A stretch of DNA of 27,071 nucleotides from a virus (Duplodnaviria; Caudoviricetes): positions 1-27,071 of IMG/VR virus record IMGVR_UViG_3300006024_000021. One strand, given 5' to 3'. The translations under genes and the position numbers were made by a program. This document shows positions 18,001 to 22,078 of the stretch, one piece after another. The notes below the pieces were generated by a model. The model saw only the letters and a list, made by a program, of their open reading frames with translations, had not been told where the DNA came from and ran no database searches. The stretch's first letter is position 1. Every line of letters begins with the position of its first letter.

Positions 18001-19076
18001 ATGTCCTTAATACCAGCAACTAGAGTTCTTGCTGCAGCACCTTCGCCTGTTCCTGAAGCAGTAACAGTAACTTTCGGTGCAAAGTTTAGTTCATATTTCT
18101 TACCACCCTCTTTTACCTGAATTTCTTCGATTTCACCATTTAAACCAACACGAGTAACCGCTTTAGCACCTATACCAACAGAAGGTGACACATATTCGAT
18201 AGAACGAATATGGAAAACGTCTTGTTCAGTGATATTAACGAAATATTTGACCCTAGTGTTGTTATCAGTCAACACATAATCAAGATATGGTCTTAACAGA
18301 ACACCATTACGGTTAATAATAAGACCGATCTCTGAAATTGGAGAATAAGGAAGAAGATCGTACTCCAATGTCATAGAATCTGTTCCTGACAGTGTAGAAA
18401 CTGAAGGGAAGACTAATTCTTTAATTACAGAATCAGCAAAACCAATGTAATAGAGGATTCTAGTAGAACCAACTATATCAGTACCTATTCTAGTTCTAGG
18501 AGCAGTAGTGAAAGTAATGTTAGTTCCACTAATAGTATAATCCACATTAGGAATCATACTCTGATTGTAGACTATGACTGCTAAGTGCTCTGCTGAGACA
18601 GGTGAGACTGGTGTTCCTAGGAACTTAAGTGGGAAGGTTGTTCTTGCTCCATCAAAGTCGAAAAATGGAGATTCTAATTCTTGTCTTTTCTTATTAAATT
18701 CTTCTAATGATAATCCTGGTGTAAGAATAGCATCAGGACCACGAACTGTTTCTCCATAATAAATGACTTCATTGTCAATCATGACAGATCCGTCTTTAGG
18801 CATGAATCCATCGATGGACTCAACCTCAATTAAAGTATTCGTTGTATCAACGTCTTTAATCAGAGTAGTGCTAGATGCGAGCACTTTCTGATCATAAGCA
18901 TCAATATCAAGATACTCTAGAATATTGTTTAAAAGATCGAAGGGACGACCAGTTTTCTCTTGAGATTTATAATACTCAAAGAGAAAATTGACAAATTGCT
19001 CGTCTTCGTTTTTGATAAAGTCAGGTAACTGACCCTCAACTCTATCAGAGATATTAACAGAACTTAAGGTTTGCAT
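1..19076 (-). CDS. gp7: Giant gp7-like baseplate wedge initiator / multidomain virion protein, 3'-truncated by the window edge (at least 6358 aa)
   Basis: ATG at 19076-19074, 6 nt after the gp6 stop, reading MQTLSSVNISDRVEGQLPDFIKNEDEQFVNFLFEYYKSQE. Manual translation stays open and protein-like to the edge (...DPAFDTAIEIVDVASTSHT). The ORF track lists no stop-terminated ORF in this frame. It has T4 gp7 core motifs IKDFYLSKGT..YLFKILFGEEV (~16885-16965) and QDSYFYQNFSYVIKSQIPINRWKKQVLENNHPAGF (~8280-8390), and lies directly after gp6. Confidence 0.9.
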   Translation of the reverse strand, partial: MQTLSSVNISDRVEGQLPDFIKNEDEQFVNFLFEYYKSQEKTGRPFDLLNNILEYLDIDAYDQKVLASSTTLIKDVDTTNTLIEVESIDGFMPKDGSVMIDNEVIYYGETVRGPDAILTPGLSLEEFNKKRQELESPFFDFDGARTTFPLKFLGTPVSPVSAEHLAVIVYNQSMIPNVDYTISGTNITFTTAPRTRIGTDIVGSTRILYYIGFADSVIKELVFPSVSTLSGTDSMTLEYDLLPYSPISEIGLIINRNGVLLRPYLDYVLTDNNTRVKYFVNITEQDVFHIRSIEYVSPSVGIGAKAVTRVGLNGEIEEIQVKEGGKKYELNFAPKVTVTASGTGEGAAARTLVAGIKDIQLINGGQGYTSYNPPKVKITEPSDMINGSGAKAAITVDDTTGQVDSIRITNSGSGYDFIPAISFVNPSGAIISDPTIDSEGRLNGGSITITDGGIGYSNPPTIYIDKAPTDGVDAVAECTVSPDGEIVAVTITNRGRGYLTPPRARVVQPIGAQVLDVTVANGSVTNINLLTGGTGYTDAPSVYIVDDRKGSLGESIGGTGAAAAATVFNGVITDINIINFGTGYSTTEPPTVYIAEPLAAQASCDVGFGEVTGFTILSSGKEYQPSSLQGCARGVSEVVSFDKFGNQVFAKESQLRQSDHATGAVVKNLDSQIISQVFDKFRRQYMPTINIDYTQVNPIQVIKTIKDFYLSKGTKTAAQYLFKILFGEEVDIFYPRDELLKPSDASWVVDTILRAKLISGDPADLENAQLVQEADPVDQNIKDATVLIENVISIIEGTDTIYELAISEETLTGVFKIPYRTNLVEPLTTDGNIITVDSTIGWPEKNGTIIIDDSETVQYKEKSLNQFIECTRSKNGVVEDWDPGTIIYSDIFVYVNKGLSNEVKLRVLGIAEAGTTVLEDSGSYYLPGDKLNVAALGSSDEDERLQSWLYNVKKLISVTSITPGGLNNQTATVVCANPHGLLVEDQVTIYGANPAVYNGSFEVTARLDDFTFSYSIPTPMDIIPQGNILLSVDLNRGKSTESTIDEVISLFTSNIQNAFFNTDYVYIAASGLPNYKVGPFQGSAMIPGNQRKLLRFPRTVETISTRTDVGANYPIGAWVNGVSAWSYKSSEFVTFGPLTTINITNAGVDYDAGSRPALEITGGGGVGAAATVTVNGALDTVDVTAQGSGYTTQPLISIVGGGGSGATAQAVVTNGRVTRILVENPGTGYTSQPTISITGGNGAGALAIASVRGPISAVTLSNPGVGYTSTPTIKLNSGEGALAQPIVINGRIVSIAIINSGDAYTSAPKVFINGDGFGAQATAVIGTLGEDKGKVISISITNKGVGYTQGLTTVRLEAVGQLATFTADVFQWNKNIEYQLDPDPANPTAQNTDGSLKRKYDVARGYVFTGFNNQYGGEYAHVSDPKELRYVIGDNVFLNPETNRFQEVPSNIGHSPIIGWAFDGNPIYGPYGYIDPTDQNSGMRRMRSSYTLKTEIVYDIDTNPTPARIDGPSLATYPPGYFVNDYKYTFQQGDLDAYNGRFCKTPDYPAGTYAYFITIDESDAGLPVFPYIIGPSFNSVVDLWNLSLTATQENIPTDVARFRDPYVNVDIDIERQPNQQADSFVTEREGDLIIFEIEDLDGDAIISPAEIATEQAITEEAALQIYDYFPRVSAESRVDIEVDTTTKFESAQIDGFVVENAGISYQVDDTLFFDNTGTDGFGASAIIESVQGRDIAAYTKEIINDVPHGKITTATDHELIAQDEIIVNSRVITDNTNKRYYMSVVTGIETITVTQSGIGYNTQLPPTYEIITESGQDVNFNIVLDETTGKVGSVNIINSGFGYDVDAPPQIRVSHPQQYKKTYYWLSEYYEDTDKIQIFDSQITSDRYIYICGELTQVNGDSSAFLAKFTDLGVLVWDRTLLPSASNKVARWKSMYLDETSEENELIYLIGETESQSTATYNPDILVAKYQSGFDNANAPEGIVRWQKEIAGVSGNARRDYAGDIHLDDEQRVYICGWTDTNSPDPNDIWIMQLNNLGDVVEKRKFASDDEGETMNQLFFIGNNKILWTGVDADNNDILFGEMEYDGANIELNYTKRLAVTGGSVQRPQFILDEWNDLFFICDMWNGTKNYGIAFFKIPQDQLSATTAGTPVYEFSNIIAPSGNFEAVKHAGINLDVFGNVSIVADLKYWDNDRQIVAMNFKYDGTLLKSTNIEDTDDIGMSAWTHQVDNSGDVIIPCNKQLPVQTYVARFENADDLDEDSTKQALVTTTFSNPAVCIHNTSEFKFGAGSLKFSGGPAYMKIAGAGLTNKWTVSGWSRMEASHAANNPKVEMFTIDDATGNSLIVTVDGNASSGNLGKIEMTIAPQGGGGSTTASVGSTYWTLMGSSTFHHWAVVKEEPTLGSYKYSVYFDGVQVTTATVTTNIGLNDLYIGANKTSPATGNCLLGSIDDIVVDPNAVFTGTFTLPTERYRITSNDSRVNIIKFDRQHDKRGDYSAFAETTHTKALKFTATSGVNINSLSNPVVTVWTSGSSGLQILDYSDAVSTLAPGSYNFTSAGHTFASKTSTIPSPLGRKVKVTAVPMAKFYVRDAGYQKIDLVKEFTFNQDIKFTKGTILQQLNAQGIVQAYGTIVDVPTGTLDNPGLGTKYKVGKIYGNFDNDTTDLYQNAIGEENVIKDVVFEQARTQEQWVTGKAYTVDTQVYNAGKIYKATNNATSGSTAPTHEIGIVTDGGVLWQFISVSGPIEVDLSLTAWPKPSIPLWSPSKSFSLDDEVYSGRQRYKCTTAGVSSTVAPTHTTGTAADGTVVWTWQSQYDALSQYARFRPYDPGDYRVKILEIYPGSDFIVGDVISLGGSVTAGPKEDFPKIGQINGVDTVKKIELVVTLDKDIIRTSETRTDLIYCSALSAHRFTAGDILFVKGFQGTQFDGSFFVEEIFSSRDFTYRMRANAVSDPTFDNNAIASVKISSKHPTLMLVRNHSYVFDLSDASNLGYYLSFSQDNQFKLEYSFNVIEREGIPGQSSTSEVPIVKFTVGGEVTNITYYFDPSRTLSTNSPVGSNSFIDVIKTPYDGTFNIAEIISDTEFRFPLEHEPEFNTAMIGVDDQDKPNSYYSTTSKKAIGPINTIKLISAGGFYKKLPIISEIASDRKIEKIRIANGGTEYATGVYTQIPIIGDGEGGLCNITVTVDAETDSGTISDVELIDPGSGYTIGSIDVDGIPGILGPTLSGSGAELTVVIPAEGTGASVFLTGTQIGKIKTLKNNEFGYGYSHDYTLRPEIAFPVNLQLFNTSILSQIKITNPGSGYTSAPVVVISGGGGTGANAEAIVKNNRLSEIIVKDPGSGYSSEPTVLLKSEFTYVVNLDLNYLQFNFPHGITTGAAVQFRAEDIGSEVGELPKPSSVGLTSLSSTQIYYAIAGDANSLESDQLRFALTPADAESGNFITFLTQGDGRQVLLTEVFGGTATAVVETSRFLESEEVFQGETYELANAFGVVSINDGWQIGPKILKIVNPKGEFVSGGKVQGVISRASGIIDNVNIARGILNIDALTKTSGRFIDDVGKPSEIVQKIQDSYFYQNFSYVIKSQIPINRWKKQVLENNHPAGFNMFGQLELTGGKDVSGRKIGTEFTKQVNINEYTNVNQITSFGAAQPIYSTFNNSEVLFRKKRLTNSEEILTSIVKKLDNISDKFDGATKAFNLTVEGDQVIIKENQMLVTLNGVIQSPGTAYQIVGNQIVFAEPPRPDSKVVYRNVEIQILQITRLNLNTIGGIFPQIGDFVSGFTSNANSRVVATGATSIDVIDITSGPYQLNERIDVSRTGFSALIGSIENLNQTTIFEFAETVTKVALSGETAKVEETNLDLDGNTDSFLVLSKTSGTAEYETGSYNILLNDFIYSSASNIAAKVVGISPYRDPITSINLAAAVAWEEGDQLTGGLSGALAEVVRVDAEANPVVLYFVAKSVATFQDGETVTGNNLNGIVSGDIKLGDVVDTLIINKGSTFFGLVFERLISLSNQNIILDNISETTITPTTLTNAADRINGDFLDYEEVRSTEIEYDNLTGGTISNDDKIRSINVTYGNAETDAINRYKDAARSIRNNRQEIIDFATSQIAIDYPDFYYTGETETTQYGRFKDGYRLIQKNSEWIIAKAYQDMIVQFPSSTIPSATKCKRDMRYLIDALSRDTGWGGTVYTRKFLEKFFPDGTSLAYILGEETETVWGYQRCVDYMIDAIQNTLSGSETINAVVYNKYNEQSSGPNNNTGITADPNPGGNYGTAGTNTTNNGADNCTDVQSALTTLWTNVKECLEAASIADLIDLTLPDGGYTPKEIKCNRDTGYFIDAIANDLEGDGNYAIVTFTKKFFDSNGIPINNGLPETAEAITAFNKAKDLCKRAMRNLMYDQTLTSTGYNLNDPTTYSAPYLENSGVAHYYDPDYASGSNQNETNCANVATSIDTLSGIATTAFTGSQFTPSGATYNATTGDMVLTIGSHSLTTSDTVRIDPYGLTFTCLMDGNTAQKTYPRPTDPWYEKQIAITAVGATTITINVGTTPLVNHDVSNATYDGTTGDLVLTIGAHTLTTGTSIRLLEEGLTFQCAYNGGGQAAYPRAVGSSATGTGGSDYAHDTALNITNVTQTTITVNVNGGQGAISNTDAHTFVNALSGAVISGGNYAHTFVSGVANSIKAGGNLDNVNALSVISDGTYQENENIRVYKFAYKNRGGTGFFVPGDTITGATSGASFDLKGANSGLRWLYAQTVSGVFDLKEYITNSKITNNAGGSNVNITPTGGTYDPDTGQLTLTLNNHGYSVGNKVSFALNALTFSCTMDGNATNHAYPRADDPVGQGQQLQILKTTTNTFTVNVGASPKTYLQVTGADYDPITGSCVLNVGNHNLNVSDSVRLKPNSLIFTCDQDSGATEKSYPRVAGTGNPSGGQDPVYNTKINVDAVGVAGTFTSTDGVYTPATGTLTLSVVNHGMQTGNRIKIADNSITFSCTKDGNATNHTYPRTTDPVSNQWLEVVVIDNNNIGVQVGASPEDEQYVHTYVTSSSNNITRQDGSITVNVLTSAPSSNTSAHQFVRAIADALEIGGGYPHTFQSAANNGTTIYPASARLTTVEKRSGTKSLKLDSGSYLSYALSTVPAFGTSDFTIEMWIRPTTAMNTTKYLLDMRTSGASEVNSPSLYIDSGNLKYKINGSDVISGAHGMAANTWYHVAMTRTSQILKLWVNGSQVGSDYSDTNTYRERKMTIGAEWNGQNNYVGYIDNIVFYGGESKYTTSFTPSTLFPISTTGITFSMSNELPIIMSNNEAYATLTGTTNSASQATKVDYDKREVIVEEVDISRDAYRQAADILELNRAWIAETAVWKMKAKYPDLVMPGDTADGVGPQQGTSFCLRDTKEFILKGVIEDLRYGGNYNSTLAARNYLTAYEGLEHIANEILQSIYTYRELAPICNYVITTTSSDLKTYGGTQYTDILRIPNNFSSPASQEIQDAIVKLCDDIGDVLGPTGQRFRDAGDVIWQNRDAIAAEAVGWLEATYQANINSTTYDFYQNPNANPNKCTFEIKTYILPAIIADLVTGGTNAIQYNTSKFLNNNNELYSVDNELSAVLDVYEYVRMLCKKSINNTLLTQGNDAGGLGIPTWTQDDYYTMQYTDIPVYRDDTITIDPEGYNPERQDNNRILDAAYLLEKNANVIAWEAVHTMNDLSKFLNFTVPDGAQNCVDDVLDILSAVVHDLRKGGNTKTYEAAKLYLDAETNNLIQLNGRQHTHQFVRAELNAIEAGGNYNHTFVTAANNSITANGGAQFTPQNVVYQPATGNLILTIPSHGLTSANTITIDEDGLTFTCDMNQNEDTHTYPRKGDPAFGKSLAITAYTLSTITVNVGTTPLVKYNVSAADYNPVSGALQMTIGAHQLVAGQSFRFKKEALTFTCDRDDYVSEHSYPRDTDPVYNTSVEITDVSQTSHTPTGATYDPNTGIVNFTLSGHPFTGQSTDTVENAAYNPETGIMTLTCTNHGFSVGDSIKLADDSLTFTCTLDNNVSNHTYPRSTDPASGSWLPILNVTTNTFDVQVLAEIPSTNVTAHTFVSATASGLTKANDYVMIVENALSMSCDTGSGAQTKQYPRPQDPAFKAWLPVTYVDANNFTVQVLTTVPSTNTNAHSFVSFTTDGLKRQTGQITCNVGVAPGEDEAGISVLKIATEIATMTIRNAFGRENIYMYNPDADTPDDDGGITGGGGESIDMVDIASYERNAVKDRFINAADVIERNIRVISEETIAAAKDQYPSLNIPGGNINCVHDLSDFLDAMVWNLRHGGNNKIIRAAEYYVNEGLTHSTEAIWICNYARDLAIQVMRNESLALNYGADPAFDTAIEIVDVASTSHT
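588..1844 (-). repeat. Cluster of four ~100-aa beta-rich 'YxPxTG...LTFTC...YPRxxDP' protein repeats
   Basis: Translated motifs HTYPRKGDP (~1550-1578), HSYPRDTDP (~1297-1323), HTYPRSTDP (~990-1017) and KQYPRPQDP (~760-785). Each is preceded by YxPxTGxLxLTxxxH and L[TS][FM][TS]C. Confidence 0.85.
3290..3775 (-). other. LamG / concanavalin-A-like lectin domain in the giant ORF
   Basis: SLKLDSGSYL...FGTSDFTIEMWIRP...NTWYHVAMTR...LKLWVNGSQV...MTIGA...YVGYIDNIVF is the typical LamG_3 motif series. Confidence 0.85.
3830..5715 (-). repeat. Cluster of five ~100-aa 'YPR..DP' beta repeats
   Basis: KTYPRPTDP (~5540), AAYPRAVG (~5300), HAYPRADDP (~4610), KSYPRVAG (~4355) and HTYPRTTDP (~4105). Each has an upstream [LI][TI]F[TSQ]C and Y[DNT]xxTG motif. 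Confidence 0.85.
9040..9730 (-). repeat. GGxGY/PGSGY beta repeats typical of T4-like marine phage virion proteins
   Basis: IANGGTEYAT, LIDPGSGYT, ITNPGSGYTSAPVVVISGGGGTGANAEA, VKDPGSGYSSEP. Confidence 0.75.
10650..11015 (-). other. Two tandem CBM5/12-like (chitin-binding-type) carbohydrate-binding modules
   Basis: WVTGKAYTVDTQVYNAGKIYKATNNATSGSTAPTHEIGIVTDGGVLWQFI (11015-10863) and WSPSKSFSLDDEVYSGRQRYKCTTAGVSSTVAPTHTTGTAADGTVVWTW (10799-10650). Confidence 0.7.
11680..12240 (-). other. Second LamG / concanavalin-A-like domain
   Basis: KFGAGSLKFSGG...WTVSGWSR...FHHWAVVK...YSVYFDGVQV...LYIGA...GSIDDIVV. Confidence 0.75.
12360..13500 (-). other. Probable beta-propeller domain (SBBP-like blades)
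   Basis: Repeated blades: IYICGELT..SAFLAKFTDLGVLVWDRTL; IYLIGETES..DILVAKY..GIVRWQKEI; DDEQRVYICGWTD..DIWIMQLNNLGDVVEKR; LDEWNDLFFIC; LDVFGNVSIV; VDNSGDVII. Confidence 0.7.
14340..15900 (-). other. YHYH-like domain split by inserted GGxGY repeats
   Basis: N-half YIAASGLPNY...PIGAWVNGV. C-half HSPIIGWAFDGNPIYGPYGY...GDLDAYNGRFCKTPDYPAGTYAYFITIDE...FPYIIGPSF. About six G-x-G-Y repeats lie between them (~15030-15670). Confidence 0.75.
17190..18190 (-). repeat. Array of about seven GGxGY beta repeats
   Basis: INGGQGYTS, TNSGSGYDFIP, TDGGIGYSNPP, TNRGRGYLTPP, LTGGTGYTDAP, INFGTGYSTTEPP and similar. Confidence 0.8.
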
Positions 19077-19082
19077 CTATTT

Positions 19083-21179
19083 TTAGAAACAGGATTCGAC
19101 TTCTGGATACTCGAAAGCATCAATTGGGTAACTAATGATATTTATTGGGGTTCCACCGTAGTTCCAACCACCAAAGTTGTTGGGATCAAAACTTGGAACA
19201 GTTGTTGGGTTAGTAACAAAATCAATTGGATATACTTCAGGGTTAAAGATCGTAGGATCAACTCCTGGTGGAATTGTAATCGAATCTGAATCTGGATATA
19301 CAACAACGGGAATTCTTTGAGTGCCATCCGATGTATCAGCTACATCTAATGGTCCTACACAAACTACACCATTTTGATAATCAACGGTACCTATACTATT
19401 GTTAAGAATAACTTCTTTCTCATTACGAGTCGTAACCAAAAGAAGACTTCCTTTACCATCATCACGAATATTTACTGGTACTAGCACCTCAGTGGTTCTA
19501 TTCCCAGAGGCATAGATAGCATCTGATGCGTCTGAACTGGCAGTACCACCACCAGCAGTAGATCCATCTGCTAAGAGGTCTGCAAGGTTCTCTGTGTACC
19601 CTGTAGCATAGAACTTACCAGATTTAACTGATGAATATTTAGGTGGGCAATTACCGTCTCCTGCGTCGTTTCCACCTAAGTCACTTGGGTTTGTAATTGG
19701 GTTACCGTAGTCTAAACATTGAGTAAATACGTTTCCAAATGTAAATTGGTCTAAATTCTGACCCATAGTAAGTTGTGTACTTGTTCCAGAGATAGCATCA
19801 TCTGAAGCATCAACCATTGAGTTAAATTTAGATTTCTCCAATCTATTGTTAAACCTACCTTCACGGTTCTGACCGTTAAATTGGTCAATAGATTTGAGAA
19901 TTTCAGTACCTAATTCATTTGCCGATCTAGAAGTCTCGTTACCGTTATAGAAAGGATAAACTTTAGGTGTAATATAGAATATTCTTGGGTCAACGATCAC
20001 TGGTTCGATAGATGCCATCGAATACTTCAGTAATTGATTCTTAATACGAACCTTTGTAGTGGTATTAAGGTTAACACCTGATTTTGACCTAACAGCAATA
20101 TAAACTTTACCGTAAATAGGAGGATTTAACTTCTCACCACCATATGCGGTAACTGCTGCTGCTTGGGGATATAGAGTAGAAACGATATAAGCATAATCAT
20201 CTTCTGTAACTGCTCTAGACTGCGTTGAGAACTGCCTAGGAGCACGGAATTTGACTGCTAACGCTGATTCCCTCTCAGTACCATCTTGACTGCTGTCTAT
20301 GGTCGCTAGAGACATGCTAGAGGGAGGTATAGCACGACCAGAGGAGTCTATTGCTTGACCAATAAAGGCAAACTTAGTACATCCGTTCGCTTCGGTACCT
20401 GCTGTGCTTACATACTCTAATATAATGAACTCATTATCAATTAATTTACGTCCTAGAACTCCATCACCGAAGATTACCTTGTATCTAAGGTCTTCAGTCT
20501 CCTCTAGGAAGTAGTTTCTTGATGTAGATGTCAAATCTACCACGTTAGTGGATAATGAATACTCATCGACCTCTACAGACTGCTCTGAAGGTTTAACAGA
20601 AACAGTCAAAATTTCTGTATCTACTGATTCCGCAGGTATTACATACTGCTGCTTCTTAGTATCATCAACAGTATAGGTAAATTTAAGTAAATTGCCTTGA
20701 TGGATAATTACTTTACTAAAGTTTGCTATACCAGTGTTCTGATCGACTGTTACTGTAGTGTCTTTCAGCAAACAATAGGTGAATGTGTCATTTGTGTTAC
20801 TGGAGATGAACACGTCTCCTTTCTTAATAGTTACTGAGTCTGGATATGATTGTCCTCCTGGCACTAACGCAGTCTGAACTGCCATTCGTACACATGCTTT
20901 CGATGCTTTAATGGAACGAGGGGTATAACCAAGCTGCTTTGCTATTCTTACAATATTATCCCTTACCGTTGCTGACTCAAGGAACGCTTCATTCATGCTC
21001 ATGTTAGCATTAAATGAAGTGTAGAAAGTGTTATAGGCAAGTATGTCTATTAAGTACGAAGCAGCTGATCCCTCAAAGTCATAATCTGAAAACTCATCAC
21101 GAGTACGCAAATAGGACTTAATGGACTCCTTTATCTCAAAGAAATCCAGACTGGTTAATTCTGATGGGGTAGCTGGCAT
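19083..21179 (-). CDS. gp6: Baseplate wedge subunit (T4 gp6 homolog), 698 aa
   Basis: LDFFEIKESIKSYLR..FSDYDFEGS..LIDILAYNT..ESATVRDNIVRIAKQLGYTPRS, FGDGVLGRKL, QSRAVTEDDY and PPIYGKVYIAV are gp6 hallmarks. It lies between gp25 and gp7. Confidence 0.95.
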   Translation of the reverse strand: MPATPSELTSLDFFEIKESIKSYLRTRDEFSDYDFEGSAASYLIDILAYNTFYTSFNANMSMNEAFLESATVRDNIVRIAKQLGYTPRSIKASKACVRMAVQTALVPGGQSYPDSVTIKKGDVFISSNTNDTFTYCLLKDTTVTVDQNTGIANFSKVIIHQGNLLKFTYTVDDTKKQQYVIPAESVDTEILTVSVKPSEQSVEVDEYSLSTNVVDLTSTSRNYFLEETEDLRYKVIFGDGVLGRKLIDNEFIILEYVSTAGTEANGCTKFAFIGQAIDSSGRAIPPSSMSLATIDSSQDGTERESALAVKFRAPRQFSTQSRAVTEDDYAYIVSTLYPQAAAVTAYGGEKLNPPIYGKVYIAVRSKSGVNLNTTTKVRIKNQLLKYSMASIEPVIVDPRIFYITPKVYPFYNGNETSRSANELGTEILKSIDQFNGQNREGRFNNRLEKSKFNSMVDASDDAISGTSTQLTMGQNLDQFTFGNVFTQCLDYGNPITNPSDLGGNDAGDGNCPPKYSSVKSGKFYATGYTENLADLLADGSTAGGGTASSDASDAIYASGNRTTEVLVPVNIRDDGKGSLLLVTTRNEKEVILNNSIGTVDYQNGVVCVGPLDVADTSDGTQRIPVVVYPDSDSITIPPGVDPTIFNPEVYPIDFVTNPTTVPSFDPNNFGGWNYGGTPINIISYPIDAFEYPEVESCF

Positions 21180-21180
21180 T

Positions 21181-21594
21181 TTAGGTTCTCTCTAGGATGA
21201 ACTCTACTGTTTGTGTAACCTGTTGACCGACTATAGTATAGGCGATTCCAACATCAAGGGTATTCTCATCTTCTGTAGGTTTTACCACTACATTGTTCAC
21301 CTCAACCCTAGGTTCTAGCCTAGCAATTGTATTAAATATTTCATCTCGAAGATCTTCTGCAAGAAAGACATCATATGGTTCGAATAGTAATGCACTTACT
21401 CTTGATCCAATATCATACTGATAGGGTCTCTCGCCAAATTGGGTCAAGATCAAATTACGAACAGATTGCTTAATTGCATTCTCATTTTTGACAGCACTGA
21501 AGTCCTTAGTGTTGGGATTCCTTTTAAAAGCGACTGCTAAGTCTTTAAATCCCCTACTAAAGAACTTTTCAGATCTAAACTTGTAGGCTGCCAT
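21181..21594 (-). CDS. gp25: Baseplate wedge subunit gp25 (GPW_gp25 family), 137 aa
   Basis: AIKQSVRNLILTQFGERPYQYDIGS..LLFEP..IARLEPRV..FILERT is the gp25 signature. Confidence 0.95.
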   Translation of the reverse strand: MAAYKFRSEKFFSRGFKDLAVAFKRNPNTKDFSAVKNENAIKQSVRNLILTQFGERPYQYDIGSRVSALLFEPYDVFLAEDLRDEIFNTIARLEPRVEVNNVVVKPTEDENTLDVGIAYTIVGQQVTQTVEFILERT

Positions 21595-21623
21595 TATTTA
21601 GTTTTTACAACAGTTATCTGGAT

Positions 21624-21631
21624 TATTTATA
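21624..21631 (-). promoter_or_regulatory. T4-type late promoter TATAAATA
   Basis: The + strand tatttata at 21624-21631 is TATAAATA on the minus strand, an exact T4 gp55 late-promoter consensus. It overlaps the SET stop codon, about 30 nt upstream of the gp25 ATG. A CTAAATA variant also abuts the gp25 ATG (21595-21601). Confidence 0.7.
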
Positions 21632-21926
21632 GCACTTTGTAGAAAGTATACTTAAGGAATAATTCTTCACCTTTCTTGATGGGTTTTATAGTCCTCATAT
21701 GATATATTTTACCCCACTCCTCTTCTTCATATACTTTGACACAATTAGGATCTTCACTATGATTTACAAACCCTCCAAGAGGAGTTCTCATAATCTCTTC
21801 ATCCACAACAACATGTGATATACCAAGATAAACATCATCTGGTATATCCTTAGTAGCAAAGATGCCCTGTCCTGCGACAGGGCTGTCTTTCACATGCAAA
21901 CAATCAGGTAGTGCTTTATAGGTCAC
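21627..21926 (-). CDS. Minimal SET-domain protein (putative protein-lysine methyltransferase), 99 aa
   Basis: SET motifs SPVAGQGIFATKDI (GxG SAM-binding), GGFVNHSEDPNC (NHSxxPN) and IKKGEELFLKY (ELxxxY). The GTG start overlaps the upstream stop (GTGA). Confidence 0.9.
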   Translation of the reverse strand: MTYKALPDCLHVKDSPVAGQGIFATKDIPDDVYLGISHVVVDEEIMRTPLGGFVNHSEDPNCVKVYEEEEWGKIYHMRTIKPIKKGEELFLKYTFYKVL

Positions 21927-22060
21927 CTTCCTTGTCCTCTATACTTCTTCTTAGCATGGTTACGGGAAGTAGCTGAAAACTTAGTATGCATAGACTGTCC
22001 CTGACGGGTCTTCTTGGGCTTAGCTTCTACTACCTGTTTCCCTGCGACGTAAATTGCCAT
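21923..22060 (-). CDS. 45-aa basic hypothetical peptide (not in the ORF track)
   Basis: MAIYVAGKQVVEAKPKKTRQGQSMHTKFSATSRNHAKKKYRGQGR*. An AGGAG Shine-Dalgarno-like sequence lies just upstream (ACAGGAGATTATG). It fills the gap between PAAR and SET, and its TGA overlaps the SET GTG. Confidence 0.8.
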   Translation of the reverse strand: MAIYVAGKQVVEAKPKKTRQGQSMHTKFSATSRNHAKKKYRGQGR

Positions 22061-22078
22061 AATCTCCTGTAAGTGTTT

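Noticed and set aside
1-19076. Intein, intron or programmed frameshift explaining the giant ORF
   Set aside because: No Hint (C...HN) or LAGLIDADG/HNH motifs were noticed, and the frame is the same at both ends. This was checked by eye only.
3655-19289. Numerous 60-130 aa plus-strand ORFs and short alternative-frame minus-strand ORFs in the track
   Set aside because: They are shadow ORFs overlapping the giant gp7-like frame or gp6. They show no recognisable motifs and are expected from codon bias.
19636-19642. CTAAATA inside gp6 as a promoter for gp7
   Set aside because: It is ~560 nt from the next start, and a 7-mer of this kind is expected by chance in AT-rich DNA.
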